A stretch of DNA of 63,792 nt, filler included, from Perkinsus olseni (lineage: Eukaryota): the NCBI GenBank assembly GCA_013115125.1. It is 24 parts of 24 records of this genome, joined end to end, with 100 filler letters (N's around TTAATTAATTAA, not from the genome) between each part and the next. Parts side by side here need not be neighbours in the genome. Positions count along the whole stretch, not along the records: positions 24,228 to 26,800 come from JABANN010001543.1; positions 26,901 to 29,466 come from JABANN010001544.1; positions 29,567 to 32,123 come from JABANN010001545.1; positions 32,224 to 34,778 come from JABANN010001546.1; positions 34,879 to 37,430 come from JABANN010001547.1; 19 more parts are not named here. One strand, given 5' to 3'. The position numbers and the translations under genes were made by a program. The notes beneath the pieces are model-generated. The model searched no databases. It saw only the letters and a program-made list of their open reading frames with translations, and was not told the origin of the DNA. Shown piece after piece: positions 24,128-36,737 of this stretch (position 1 is its first letter; each line of letters begins with the position of its first letter).

Positions 24128-27100
24128 NNNNNNNNNNNNNNNNNNNNNNNNNNNNNNNNNNNNNNNNNNNNTTAATTAATTAANNNNNNNNNNNNNNNNN
24201 NNNNNNNNNNNNNNNNNNNNNNNNNNNCTTGACTCAAACAATTGATGCAACCGGCACGTGTAGTGTATTGAAATAGTAACTTGCGGAAGGGATTCCCTCT
24301 TGAATAGCGAATCATGCAACAACGTACGGAAAAAGTTGTTGATGACATCGGAAGAAAAAGGTAGTTAGTGAGGCTAAGAAGAGGCTTATAAGACATCGAC
24401 AAGAATAGTGCACGGCTGACAAGACATTCGAAAGACCGTTCCACGAGGCCTCAAAGCCTGGTCAGGCGGCGGCCTGACTCTACACCGCGGAGGAGGAGGA
24501 GGAGGACTCGCTCGCCATCAACGTTAGCCTTAGACTTTCAGGCGTTTCGACATACTAGACGCGAATCGCTCAGTGGTCTGCCAACTTTCCCAATCGCCCT
24601 AACTATGTATCTTCTCGCCATGCCATTTCACAATGAAAGGGGTGGGCAAAATCTCTCGAAGGGACTTCGCTCCGCTACGTTCTGGGCCGGCCGCATTTCC
24701 GCCATCACCATCGGCTGCTACAAATTCCAGTTTTCCGCAGCGGAAAATCAGGGCGGAATGGGTGTTCGCTCCGCCAGGCGGAACGGAAACGGAAAGGAAG
24801 TTGCCCACCACCTTTAAAGTGGTGATTCATGAGATGCGATTCAAACTTAGGTTCGGACTCGACACACCCAAATATGTTATGCGGCGCTACGCAACTTGAA
24901 GTAGTCAATTCAAGGGGTTCCGGTCAACAATTCGTTACCAGCAGCCTTCTCTTCCAAGCCACATTGAGTATGATAACGAAATCTAAGCGGTACAGTCGTA
25001 TGGACCAGAGATCCGTAGGAGATAATCGCGGTGAGACTACCTCAACTTACTCATTAGGACGAAGAGCGGGCAAGGGACAGGGCAGAGCTCAACGATCTAC
25101 GTCAAGGGACTACCAAGGGTGATTTATCAGTTACCGTAGACGTATGCAAGCAATAACTGTTATACCGAGCTAAGTGAAGAGAGCTACCTTAGACTATCGA
25201 ATAATCACTAATAGGGATTCACGAATCGTGAATCACGATGGTGGCGCAAATCCCTGTGAAACACTCGCTGTACGCTAAAATCCAGTCGACCAATTATTTA
25301 AAGTAACATCTGGAGGTATCCGTCATCCTGTTGAGACCGAAGAGCGGCCAAGCAGCTATTGCGCTGCTTCGAGGTCAATAGCTAAATCCCTAGCCCGTCG
25401 CAGGAGGACACGCAGAGTCCCGGGCAAGCTATTGTGGGAAATAAGGGTCGTCGGACGTAGCCGATGGTAAAGTGGTACTTCATATGTCTTCTGTCGCTTG
25501 TCTGCTATTACATAGACAGTATCGCCATTGACATATTCTCTCATCTGTTGGTCTAAGGAAGAGATCGTCAACTGTGTATATCAATCGCATGCGTATGCGT
25601 TTTAGGCCACGCTAGCGGCGTGAAGCTAAGAAGCGAGCTGTAAATTCTGTCCCCCGGGAGCTTCGCGAGAGACGCTCGTTGTACTCGTCCACTGCTCATT
25701 GACGGACCCCGTCAGCACGGACTCGCACGACTGCCAGACTGGCGGTGCCAGTGAGGCATACGCGCGCAACCCAACTGGTGTCTAGCACCTTGTGGTAAGA
25801 GCCTGACCTCCAGTTCCACCGAGGCTGGCCACAACGCCGCCACACTCGGCCGGTGGAAGCACCTGCAGGATTTGAGCCCGTAGTTTTCACTCCTCTCCAC
25901 TCTTCGTCATGACCCGCTCGATGGCCTTGGTCCTTCTCGCCTTCAGCTTGCTAAACTACACCTGGAGCACGGAGCAGAGCCTGCGCGCACTTAGCCAGTC
26001 CACCTGCCACTTTTGCCGATACTGTTATGTGTGCTTATTTATCTCGGGCACGTGTGTACCCTGCGCAGGAACTTTTGCAGGCTGTGGTGTCGCCGATGAA
26101 CCTTGCGGATTATGCTGTGATGACTAGCGACCAGCAGGGCTATCAACCTGATAGCAACAGCAGAAAGAAGTGAATGATGGAGAACGGTGGCCTGATAGCA
26201 TCAGGGTAACTAGCTTCGTGACGAAGCCTTCGTCTCTACGAACTTAGTCTCGTAACGAGACTCTCGTTCTTCTTAGTCACCTTGTAGATTTCCTACTCCC
26301 TAGCGCTCCTAGCGAGTCGGGTATCCAATAGATTGCTAAGGTAGCAATTGGATACTATCCAATAGATACTATCTATACTCATGTTATAGATTTTATAAGT
26401 CAGTGACCATGCACAATATTCGGCCATTTTGTCATGCCGTCGTCGCCTTTAAACTCGGAGCTTGTCGTGCACTATCCGGGCTCTGTCCCCATCGCTGCAT
26501 GTGGACTTCCCGTCCGGACTGAATGGTCCAGTTGCCTGCCCAGGGCAGGCTGCCCTATTGCTGCGAGGTCAACGCTTAATATGACGGTCTTGCAATCATC
26601 TTGGTTCGGGGTCTGTGCTAGCTGATCAAGCTGGGCCAAGGATGCCAGAGTCTGGCACCCAGACACTACTATTGGACACCCGGTGTGACCTGTATACGGA
26701 CTCGTTGCGTAACTTGCATCAAGTATAGCTGTCTCGCTGTCTGCACGTCTGGAAGTTGCCAACCTCGGCTGGAGAGGCTCGGCAGCCCCCATTTCTTGGT
26801 NNNNNNNNNNNNNNNNNNNNNNNNNNNNNNNNNNNNNNNNNNNNTTAATTAATTAANNNNNNNNNNNNNNNNNNNNNNNNNNNNNNNNNNNNNNNNNNNN
26901 ACAGCCGTTTCACACAATCACACTTCACACATATTGCAGGAATACTGATGGGTGCGAGCGAGTATCTAACAGGTGTTTCAAAACTTCGTAAACCACCTCG
27001 TAAGGCCTCCTAATTTCTCAACGCGATATCTTCCCAATACGAATTTCTGAGTGAGCACGGGCAATATCACGAGGAACCAATCTGGCGTATATGGCGCCGT

Positions 27101-27652
27101 CACCCGCCGACTGTAGCCACTGAGGGCCGGAAGTTTGCCGTACGCCGGAGAACCTGTCGAGGGGAATTCTCCCACTTCATTGCGGCGTTCACGCACGTGA
27201 ACTGTGCAAGCTTATGAGAATTCGATCTGAACCCATATTAAAACTCGATGATGATGACGACGATGATCTGATCGTCGTCCTGCCAACTGAGCCAGTTGCC
27301 ATACATTTTGACCTGAGAAACCCCTGAAGAGTATCAATAACTGACAGGACCTTAGAATACTCCATGTCTCAGCTTTCTCTCACGCTATGGCGTCGCTCTC
27401 TTTCCCGCTCGGCTATAACGTGAGGACGTCACCGTCTCTCGTGACGTGACGTCTCTCGTGACGTGACGGTGCCACGTCACGCCCTGGTGTCACGAGGGAT
27501 TAAGCCTGGCAACGTTCACAATGGGCTAGACCATCTCCTGTACTCCGCGCCTTTTACCCTTCCCCGTATCATCTAATGCTTCTGTCTCGCTTGTGGGTCA
27601 GATCCACCGATCTATTGTGTGTCGTAGCGTTTGAGACCTATCCAACCTCTCA

Positions 27653-28493
27653 ATGATGAACTTCCTCTCAACTTTGCTCTTCCCCGCTCAACTTCTGGTC
27701 ATACCACTCCGGCTCAGCTACGGAGTGGTATGACCAGAACACGGCAACTACGGCTCAGGATGTCGGCAAGTTCGTCCACAGAGGTGGTGCTTACAACATA
27801 ACCTACGATGTGAACGAGCAGGGTCAGATTTTCTTCGGGTTCACCTCGACAGCTCCCCCTCTACCCGGGTCCCCCGCAGGGACACCTCCCCGCTTTCTGG
27901 GGAATTACTACGGGCTATACCCCCTTTCGAAGGTCGGAGATAACACCTACGCCGTCGGCCCAGGCGCCGACGTTGCGTCTTGGTATGGCGCTATTACGTA
28001 TCAACTACAACAGCTTGGTGTGGCTAAAGCTCACGAGCCGCTTGCTGGTATCCAGAGCGGAGACTTGACCACTCTGACTTACACGAGCGGTGACACTTTC
28101 ACCAGCAACTTCCGTAACGAGACGATTGAGTTCAAGAGAATCCCGTACGGCCTGATTGCCGGTGAGTTTGAGTACTCCGAGGCCGAGGCTCCTCACCTGA
28201 AGCTCCACTACCGCATCCGTTCGAATGGTGCTGTGGGCATACAGGCTTCGTGTGACGGCGGCAGCATAACTCCCCGTTTCCTCTTTAAGCTCACTCGACG
28301 TGACATAGGTATGCCCTACAGTGTGGGGTCCCTTGGGATGACTTCGCTGTATCCTCTCATTCACATGGTGCGGTCTGATTGCCCGACCGCGGGTGTGAAG
28401 TATAATGACCTATCAAATGTGGTCTTCGCCACACAAAACACTATATATGTGAGAGTCGGGGGGGTAATTCGAGCCCTCACCAGAACAAATTGA
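27653..28493 (+). CDS. Putative secreted lineage-specific protein; needs a 40-nt intron (27698-27737) or is frameshifted
   Basis: Signal-like MMNFLSTLLFPAQLL, then a frame open from before 27738 to 28493 with two similar beta-rich halves (GKFVHR.../GEFEYS...). Confidence 0.7.
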
Positions 28494-29782
28494 GCATCTC
28501 ACAACTACAGTGAGCAGGCTCCCTGATCGTCACAGACTTTAGAGCTTTCCTGTGTCGCTACCGAGCATTCTGGTGAATCTCGGCAGTGCCAATTTTTTAT
28601 TTATCTTCGATAGGCTTTTTACCCGGTATCAACCCGTCTCACATAGCGTAGTTTTCTCCTGACAAAGACGTACACGTCCGGGAAGTCGTCCCAAAGAGTA
28701 TTGTGAAGATAGGTCAGCTCACTGAGGTGAGCTCAGTGAAACCCTCTGAACCGGGCGCCGTCTGGATACCCGTTGGCGTACCCTACGGTCCGTATGCACT
28801 CCCGCACCCAATGGGTCGTGGTGGGCAGCCCAACTGCCAGACTCCTGCCGTAGAACTCGGATAATCGTGCTGACAAGTTTCGCGTTTTTGTGAGGGTTTC
28901 AGCGCAACAACACCAGTGATTCTTATATGCGTCAGCTATTAACGGTCAACAAATGATAGTCTAGGGTCAGAGACAAGTCCAATCCCACGAGAACACCCTT
29001 GGTCGACCAAGTGGCATGATGCCAGTGGCATCGTGGCAGGGTTCCAACCCCGACATCCAGTCGGGCAAGTACACCGGTATTGGAAGTTGTTTCACGTACA
29101 GTTTGTCGCCTTCGCGTACCAAACCTCGACTAAAACGCAAGGCACCTATCAGTTGGGCTCAGCGGTTCGATGAAGCAGATGTACAGCCTACACAAATGAC
29201 CACCGATGATGACTCGACTGTCGTCACAAGAAGGCACAATGCGGATGTACATCGTACATCATGGGGCCGGGCCCTACTCACACGACGAACGAACGAAAGA
29301 AAGGCTAATCGGGCGCGATAGCCACGCTGGCACCAGAGACGTCTACAGAGGCTCTACAATAGTACAGCAAGGGCTACTACTTCAAGAAATCCCGTTGCAA
29401 ATCCTGCTCCGATGCACACGACCCACCCTAAACTCGTCGAACTCGACTCGTCCCGCCCTGCCGATGNNNNNNNNNNNNNNNNNNNNNNNNNNNNNNNNNN
29501 NNNNNNNNNNTTAATTAATTAANNNNNNNNNNNNNNNNNNNNNNNNNNNNNNNNNNNNNNNNNNNNCGGGACAGGAACCCGTCTAACTGGTACCCGGTTC
29601 ACAGTGTGTGAACTTCACACGGGTCCGTCCCGTCACCCAAACCTCTCCACTATCCACCCAACACGGAAACATTACTAGAAACACGTCTGCCGCATAAACA
29701 TCTGATTACACGTTAGCCCAGTAGAGCTACTACCTCACAGCTTACCACGCGTCGCCTATTATCGCATTCCGTCAGTACCGTC

Positions 29783-30821
29783 TTAGCGGAGAATTCTCTG
29801 CGCCGTCCCCCTAGTACGTCGGATCAAGGCGCTTTTAGCGTACCCCTGCCAGGCTCTGCTCGACTGACTCCATCCTCCTGCACATTTCACCGTGCTATCC
29901 TCGTATCCTGCGTCTACCAGGATTGTGGCTCCACTGTGCCGGAAAGAGAGCGCTGATAACCTGTCAGTGTTCCAATGATTGGAATCCAATCCTTGATCTT
30001 CGTTGGGAGCCACCTCTTCATACTCGCCTTGAAGATTTGGCCGAACTTGTTCGTACTCATCAGTGATACTCTTGGGAACAGCTTACAATTCTCCGAGCCC
30101 CTTGACTTCGCTCTATGCAACCAATGTGCCATGCAGAGATCTTTGTGACAGGAGTCAGGGGACATGCACTTGATTTCCCTCATTTCATTCTCACTGGTCT
30201 TGGTTCGACCAAGGCTCACCGTCGCTATAAGCTCGGTGGTCTCCAGCGAGGTGTTAATATCCAAGCCATCAGTTGTCGTACCTCAGCACAAGGCACGTAG
30301 CAGTCAACGCCGCGTCTCGGATCTCCCGATCCAGAGAATCCGGACTGGGTTTCATTCTCGTCAGGGCCTTGACTGCTTCGTCCAGCAATACTCCCGTTGA
30401 CTTCGGTGGCCTCGCCCGATGCGCCAGGCGGGCTTGGCCCCCTTTTACTCCTCTCTCGATGAGGGACATCTCTTCTTTACTAAAGGTCGTACCCAAAAGA
30501 ACCTCCATGGTAGTCCTGACAGCGCTTATATATTTCTGTAACGTTGCTGGAGCGATATTGACAATATCATTTTGTGCTGCTCAACCAGCACCTCCACCAC
30601 CAGATCTAGTATTTTTTTACTGTAGGGACATTGCCCGGGCCGCTCACCCCGTGAAGGCGCTCGTAGTGATTGATGGCTGCCTGGTAGCTCCTCTCGGTGG
30701 GTTCTCTTATTGAGTTAGCCAACAGAGCCGCTCTCTTAGCCTGCCTCTCTGACTCTGTCGCCGCCCTGAACTCCCTGACTGCCTTCGAATCGGGATGGCA
30801 CCCCGCACCTTCACCGGTCAT
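29783..30821 (-). pseudogene. Tyrosine recombinase, frameshifted
   Basis: STERSY-like N-terminus, LVLR, LGRTKT, SFRHSGAT and GGWSQSSRAWQGY, split over four ORF pieces. Confidence 0.85.
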
Positions 30822-32123
30822 GTCTCCCGGGAGAGGTGTAACTGAAGACCACCCCCAGAAACACCCCTGTGACTCGCTCCAGCCCGAACCAACACAACCC
30901 TCTCAATCACTGATAGCAATCGGAGAACAGCACTGCAGGTGGTCACAAACCGGCGACAGTGTCACAGGCTGTGACTCACAGCTACTCCTTCTGCTTGTGG
31001 CAGGTGCCCCCTCTCGGCCTCATGATCAACGAAGGTTCATAGACCTTCAGTGAGGTACCTCACTCTGCCCGAATGTTGGTCATGCAGGCCGCCAAAGCTT
31101 CGGAAATGTCCACTTCCTTCCAAGACCTTGCCCATATTTTTTCTTTTTTCGCAGCTCCCTACTCAACAGATCTGCTGCTACATTATTCATCACCAACTCA
31201 ATGCCCAAAATCGCACATGCAATCGCCAACATCTCCAGATAGCAGACCCACCCCGAATCTGCCTCGCCGCGTTGCGTATGCTGCGGACTCCTCGCACGGC
31301 CTTGCGCGATTATGCTGGACCAGAGCTGGGGGCAGTCACTCTCACTGACAGCAAACCACCATGACTGACCCGTCGATATTCTCGTCGCGTACCCTCCGAG
31401 ACCGTGGAGTGACGAATCGGTTGTAGCACATCACTCCCCGTCTGCGAAATCCGTAGGCACCGCCGAGCCAGGACGGGACGAGACGTTATAGAAGTATCTT
31501 ATTGTAGCTTCCGTGGCACCCCCTAGTACTCGTCTAAGCTGCTTCTTGTCCACGGTGGCCGCCGGGGCATAAAGAGCCGACAGCCATGGCTTGTGTTCTA
31601 CCAGCAGTTGGGTGACGAACGTCAGTTGTCCGATCAACTTACTCATAACAGTTATGAGTGGACCGCGAAGTTACTTCGCGGTCCACCCAGCCCGACACCT
31701 GTCTCAGCTCGATCACCTCCCTGATGTCCTCTCGCTTCGCAGCCGGTACTGCCAAGGCCGCAGTCCCCCTGACCTGATCCCATTCAATGGAATCTCCCAG
31801 GAAGTCTATATGGGTGTTCGACACTACCAGTTTTGAATATTCCAGCCCCAACCCATCGCCAAGGGGAGAAGAGGTAGGGATATCGCTTCCACCCAGTCCG
31901 CTACTCTCCAAACTGATCAATCATCAATATAACACAGGCCTCTTCCTCCTTCCTTGCCTGCCTCCGACTAGTCTCCGCTGCGCGCGGTGATTCACCGCCG
32001 CCGCGTTATACCTGGAGAACATCGCCAAACAGGAGCTGGATAGCCCAAATGGCACGGCTGAGTCCCACAATACTGTGGGACTCGCCTCCACCGATCCCCA
32101 GTCGGATACTACCAGCCAATTTT
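29783..32123 (-). mobile_element. Decayed tyrosine-recombinase retrotransposon (DIRS/Ngaro-like): RT, RNase H, YR
   Basis: RT remnants AVPFGL and IDFLG, KLIGQLTF, RNase H remnants DGS and NVAADLLSR, followed by a YR. Many frameshifts. Confidence 0.85.
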
Positions 32124-32779
32124 NNNNNNNNNNNNNNNNNNNNNNNNNNNNNNNNNNNNNNNNNNNNTTAATTAATTAANNNNNNNNNNNNNNNNNNNNN
32201 NNNNNNNNNNNNNNNNNNNNNNNAGGAGCTGGTCGGAGGGGGTTACCGCAACCGATTAGTGAGCCAGCGTAGAGGAGCTTGTAGAGAACACAATACGGGA
32301 GGGGAGTTCTCGCCAGTTTGGCTTATCCCAAGCTTCTCGGGCTCCCATGAGGTTAAGAGACTGGTACTTCCGCTGGGCGAAGGACAGCGCCAGGACAGCG
32401 CCAGGACAGTGTCCAGGGACAGTCCCTGAGGGACTATACCATTGTGAGATCGCGGGAGCTACTGATAAATGAAGGTTAGCCATGGAGCGATCCACTTCAA
32501 CTATTGGAAAGCGTGACCGTCCGTAACGGAACAAAAATCCCAAATCCAGTATGATAACGAGTAATGAATCGTGCGTATGATACCGTACGCAGCGTGTTGT
32601 TTTCCTCTTGTGAGACAGAACACAACAACATATCTTGTGCGCTGGGATAGGGACCCGGGCGCTCACTAGTTACCGGCGGTTACCAGCGGCTACCTACCAG
32701 GTAGTACCTAGGTATATGGCTCCAAGAAGTTTGATCTCTGGAGTTGACCATCAGAAGTTTCTTAAACTACGCAGGTCAA

Positions 32780-33940
32780 GTCGGCTTTGGTCAAAGCATC
32801 GTTGTGCGATCGCACCTTGGCCCACCGTCGATGTCCCGAAAGCAGCTGTCCCACGCACAAGTAACGTGCACGATATCGCTGAGAACGGACGGCGGAGGCT
32901 CCATTATCAGGCCCTCTGGACTTTAGAGTCAACGTCAACGTATCACCTGCGTATAAATATAAAGGGGTTTGTTACCTAGCAGAGTTGGGTAGTTGATTCG
33001 GTAAAAGATGTTCGCTAACTGTACCGCTGCTAGCATACCGCCGATGAATAGTCGATGAATAGATGAATAGTACGAGCTTGGGAACCTCGTACGGTACGAG
33101 TCGCACAGTACGACTACTGGTCCGAATTCATTGTCCTGCTGGAAGCGTCAGGCCAATAACGTCATGCTTCGACTGTCAGGGAAAGGCCGTCTCTTCGGAA
33201 TCTCCCATGTTGACCGCGACAGCACCAAGCCTATTGTAGACGTGTGTAATGGGATTCTGCGCGGATGTTTGTGTATGCGTGCAGCGGCCTTTATAGCTGC
33301 ATGTCCGACCTGTTCGTTGGGTCGTTGTCTTGGCTTACTCCGTACTCCTCTGATCACTCTCCCCTCTCATTGTCACAAGTACTAGTTTAGATCAAGGCCC
33401 TACCTGTAGTGTTCTTCAGTGAGCACATCCCCGCATCTCTTCCTGCCTATTAACATGAACCCCTTTACACGTGCTGTGCTGCACTTGATCAGCAATGATC
33501 CATCGCTGTCCGCTGCGCAACATAGGCCTCCTAGATAACGCAGGATGGAGGTGGATGGGTGGAGTCGTGGAGATACTCAGGTCGCGTCCCCATATGTTCC
33601 CTCCGGTTGCATTCGAGCGCGCCTCATTTCGACATCGCCCTATAAATCGAGCGGTCAGCTGAAGTGTCGTTGTGCGCGATCGCGGACGCCGTCGATATCC
33701 TGGAAGCACCTGTCACATGCACAACGCTCTCGTAGCGCTGTGCGTATAAAGTTAATATTATCAATGGGTTTTCGCAGAGAAGAGTTGGGTAGATGGCTCG
33801 GTGGAAGGTGTTAGCTAACTATACCGCTGCTGGCATACCGCCGACAGCGTCGATGAATAGGCAAAGAACTCGGGAACTTCGGACTGGTCCGAGTGTGGTG
33901 CCCTGATAACAGCGTCTGGCCAATAGTGCCACGCTTCTGC
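32780..33940. repeat. Diverged tandem duplication (two copies, ~800-860 bp offset)
   Basis: Aligned blocks at 32827 vs 33691 and 32981 vs 33781 (AGAGTTGGGTAG...GCTAACT.TACCGCTGCT.GCATACCGCCGA). Confidence 0.8.
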
Positions 33941-34511
33941 AGGGCTGAGCAAAGAAAGGATCTATGTCACAGAGAGTCCGTGTCACACGGGCCGTGTGTT
34001 CAACGTGGTTGAATCAACGAGAGCAAGAAGAAATTCAGTGAGAGTAGCCAACTTGCATCGCCTTGAAGGAAAAGCTTGGCGCGGGCAGGATTGGTTGATG
34101 AACTCGTTGTGCGCAACGACATGGTATTAGAATAGTCAGATTTTCGCTGTTTCCCCCGGCCCCACCTTGTGAACGCGACTCCCAGAAGACGCCGTAGGTC
34201 TAAAAAGCAAGGCTAACGACCAGGAAATAGGCATGAAGATAAGGGGGGTTTCTTCCACTCAACGACTGAGTATATGTGAGACTGGCCATGGCTCGGCCCG
34301 AGCAAAGCACGCGTGCCGTTATTGTGAGCAAGCGTGGTTAAGACCAAAGGATTGACGTACAGGCCGGTTATTGCAGAGCTTTTTTGGGTCGTCCATCAGA
34401 ACATAATAATTGGGGTTCCGATACTGAAATAAATAGGCGTTTCGAATACTCGCTCGGTCAATGCCGAGCGTCGAGGGCGATACAAATCCTCGAACTCTTC
34501 AGAACTAATGT

Positions 34512-34778
34512 TTATATGGTATGATTATTTGGAATCTCTATGTCCTCCTGCAAGTAGTGAACAGGGAGATTGAAGTTAAGGATACCAGCAAGCTTGAAAG
34601 TCACCTTTCCGACCCCGTCGAGTAGCCATCTGCTGTCGTTGCCCTTGACGGTACTAAGAGTCAAGTGTAGAGAAGCACTAACGCTTCCGAACTGCACAGG
34701 TCTCTCGATGCTTGCTGAAACGTTGAAACCGACGTTCACAGGCTTCTTGCCGAACACGTAGCTAGTTGGCACTGGACC
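34512..34778 (-). CDS. C-terminal fragment of an unknown beta-strand-rich protein
   Basis: Open frame from the contig end with an alternating hydrophobic pattern; no family recognised. Confidence 0.45.
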   Translation of the reverse strand, partial: GPVPTSYVFGKKPVNVGFNVSASIERPVQFGSVSASLHLTLSTVKGNDSRWLLDGVGKVTFKLAGILNFNLPVHYLQEDIEIPNNHTI

Positions 34779-34950
34779 NNNNNNNNNNNNNNNNNNNNNN
34801 NNNNNNNNNNNNNNNNNNNNNNTTAATTAATTAANNNNNNNNNNNNNNNNNNNNNNNNNNNNNNNNNNNNNNNNNNNNGACCAGTACTAGCTTGCGCTAA
34901 GATACTGGAGACAGAATACACAAGTAGACGTTAACACAATCTCATCACAT

Positions 34951-36264
34951 TTGCCGGTTAGTAGAAGGATCAGGTCGGCGCCTTCACCATCGTCAGCGAC
35001 GCCTAGTGTTATGTCGCTTGGTTCTAATATGGTTTTGCCGGATGCAGATAGTGAGATGGCTTGTACCTATGGTGCAATTTCGGTTATGTCGTCACCATCG
35101 GCAGCTAAGCCTTCTTCGACTCAATCCTTGTTGCCTCCTCCGAATGTTGTTATTAACATTCCCTTGGGTGTAACTAAGGCCTTTGAGCAGTTCGGTTTAT
35201 CGGCCCCGACAAGTCCCGGTTTCGACTTGGATTTCTCTCACGACTACGCCTTCCTGATACCTCGGCTCTATAGTTCGTCCTTCGAGGATCGCTATAATTG
35301 GTTATGGAAATGGGAGGTTGGTCAAGATGATTGTGACTATCGGAGCTGGAAGACGGCTCTCAAACTGGCCAAACCGGTCCTGGATGACACTTGTTACAAG
35401 CACTTGAATAGGCCTTATGGGGTTAATCATGCTGTAATTGCAGGCCTCTTTGATGAGCAGCTCTTACGAGAACCCGTTGCGGGTCGTGTGATTTTCATAT
35501 CAGGCCTTCTTTCTGGTCCAAAGAAGTTCGGAAAATATGATAATTACTTACCCTCTCCGGCGGCTCTCCTGAGGTGGACTCAAGAAGCCGGGGTGGCTTC
35601 GCATTTGGTGATGTATCATACTACAGGCCTTCGCCCTTATGGTAACATCGGTAACTCCGCCAATCTGTTCCTGTGTTGTCCCCGCCATACTGACGAAGCA
35701 ATATTCAGGCTGACGCGGCAGTCTTCGGTTAGACCTTTTCGCGAAGGTACTACCTTGTTTATAGGTAGGAGCGATAAGGCCTTTTCTACTACCCTGTGTG
35801 ATGAACAAGGACGACAGTCTGGGCTTACGGTTGCTGAGGTGCAGCTGGCGCAACTGCTAGCCTTGCACAAGGCTAAGGCGGTAAACCAGGCCTTGGTGGA
35901 GTATGAGTCCGCTCAGAAGACGACTGCTGGTAACTATAAGGTTCTTGGTAAGTACTTACCTCAGGCTTTTGAGGTGCGTGATGACGAGTGGGTATGTACT
36001 TCCTTCGAGGAAGTTGAGAAGGCCCACCGCCCGGAGTTGGTTCGTGGTAAGGCTACTACCTACAAGGCCGGTGGTAAAGATGTGCCCTCGCTGAACGAGC
36101 TCTATCGTATTCTCCCGGAGTCGTCTGGAGATATTGCTAAGGCCTTGTCGGGCCTGGGTAAGCAGTACCGGGTCAGGACTCGCAAGGGATTGAGGCCTTT
36201 GTCGGAAGAGTCGCCAGGCCCTGGACAAGGTTCTTCGAGTTCGAGTGCGGATGCGGCAGAGTAA
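34951..36264 (+). CDS. Intronless 437-aa protein of unknown function, multicopy (first ATG 35011); possible RRM-like fold
   Basis: Long uninterrupted ORF with a diverged paralog at 13020-13396. RVIFISGL...NLFL...DEAIFRL...TLFIGRS spacing resembles an RRM (inference). Confidence 0.8.
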   Translation: MPVSRRIRSAPSPSSATPSVMSLGSNMVLPDADSEMACTYGAISVMSSPSAAKPSSTQSLLPPPNVVINIPLGVTKAFEQFGLSAPTSPGFDLDFSHDYAFLIPRLYSSSFEDRYNWLWKWEVGQDDCDYRSWKTALKLAKPVLDDTCYKHLNRPYGVNHAVIAGLFDEQLLREPVAGRVIFISGLLSGPKKFGKYDNYLPSPAALLRWTQEAGVASHLVMYHTTGLRPYGNIGNSANLFLCCPRHTDEAIFRLTRQSSVRPFREGTTLFIGRSDKAFSTTLCDEQGRQSGLTVAEVQLAQLLALHKAKAVNQALVEYESAQKTTAGNYKVLGKYLPQAFEVRDDEWVCTSFEEVEKAHRPELVRGKATTYKAGGKDVPSLNELYRILPESSGDIAKALSGLGKQYRVRTRKGLRPLSEESPGPGQGSSSSSADAAE

Positions 36265-36607
36265 GGTTGATGATGATTGATACTAATGTTAGTATCATTC
36301 TCTAGACCTTGATTTTTGAGATTTTTTTTTATTAAGTTTGTCTGCGTGGAATTCACTTCTGAAGGATGGTTCAAGCTTAGCGGGGAGGTATGTAAGCGGA
36401 AGTTGTGGAGCGGTGCTTCGCTCCGCCTTCCGCGAAGCAGAATTCCTATGTCAGCTTGTCCCATTTAAGGCCTTCATCCTTGTGACAATTCCCGCAGATC
36501 TTGTGGCTAAGCTGTAGAAGCTTAGTACGCTATAATATGTATTAGACTATTGAGTAGATTCAAACAATTGATTTCCATTGAGTCCTTTGGTTGGTACTAC
36601 TACTAAC

Positions 36608-36700
36608 TAAGGCCTTATCTGGTGGTATCTTGGAGTGGTTGAGTTATTCAGTTGGCGCGTGAGTTGGTTCACACACCTACTTCCTTACTATAAGGCTTAT
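36608..36700 (+). other. Conserved 93-nt noncoding block (cis element or ncRNA candidate)
   Basis: 90/93 identical to the reverse complement of 12813-12905. The ends TAAGGCCTTAT / ATAAGGCTTA can pair. Confidence 0.7.
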
Positions 36701-36737
36701 TTATATTTTTGTGGTTGAGTACGCCAATACCGACCAC

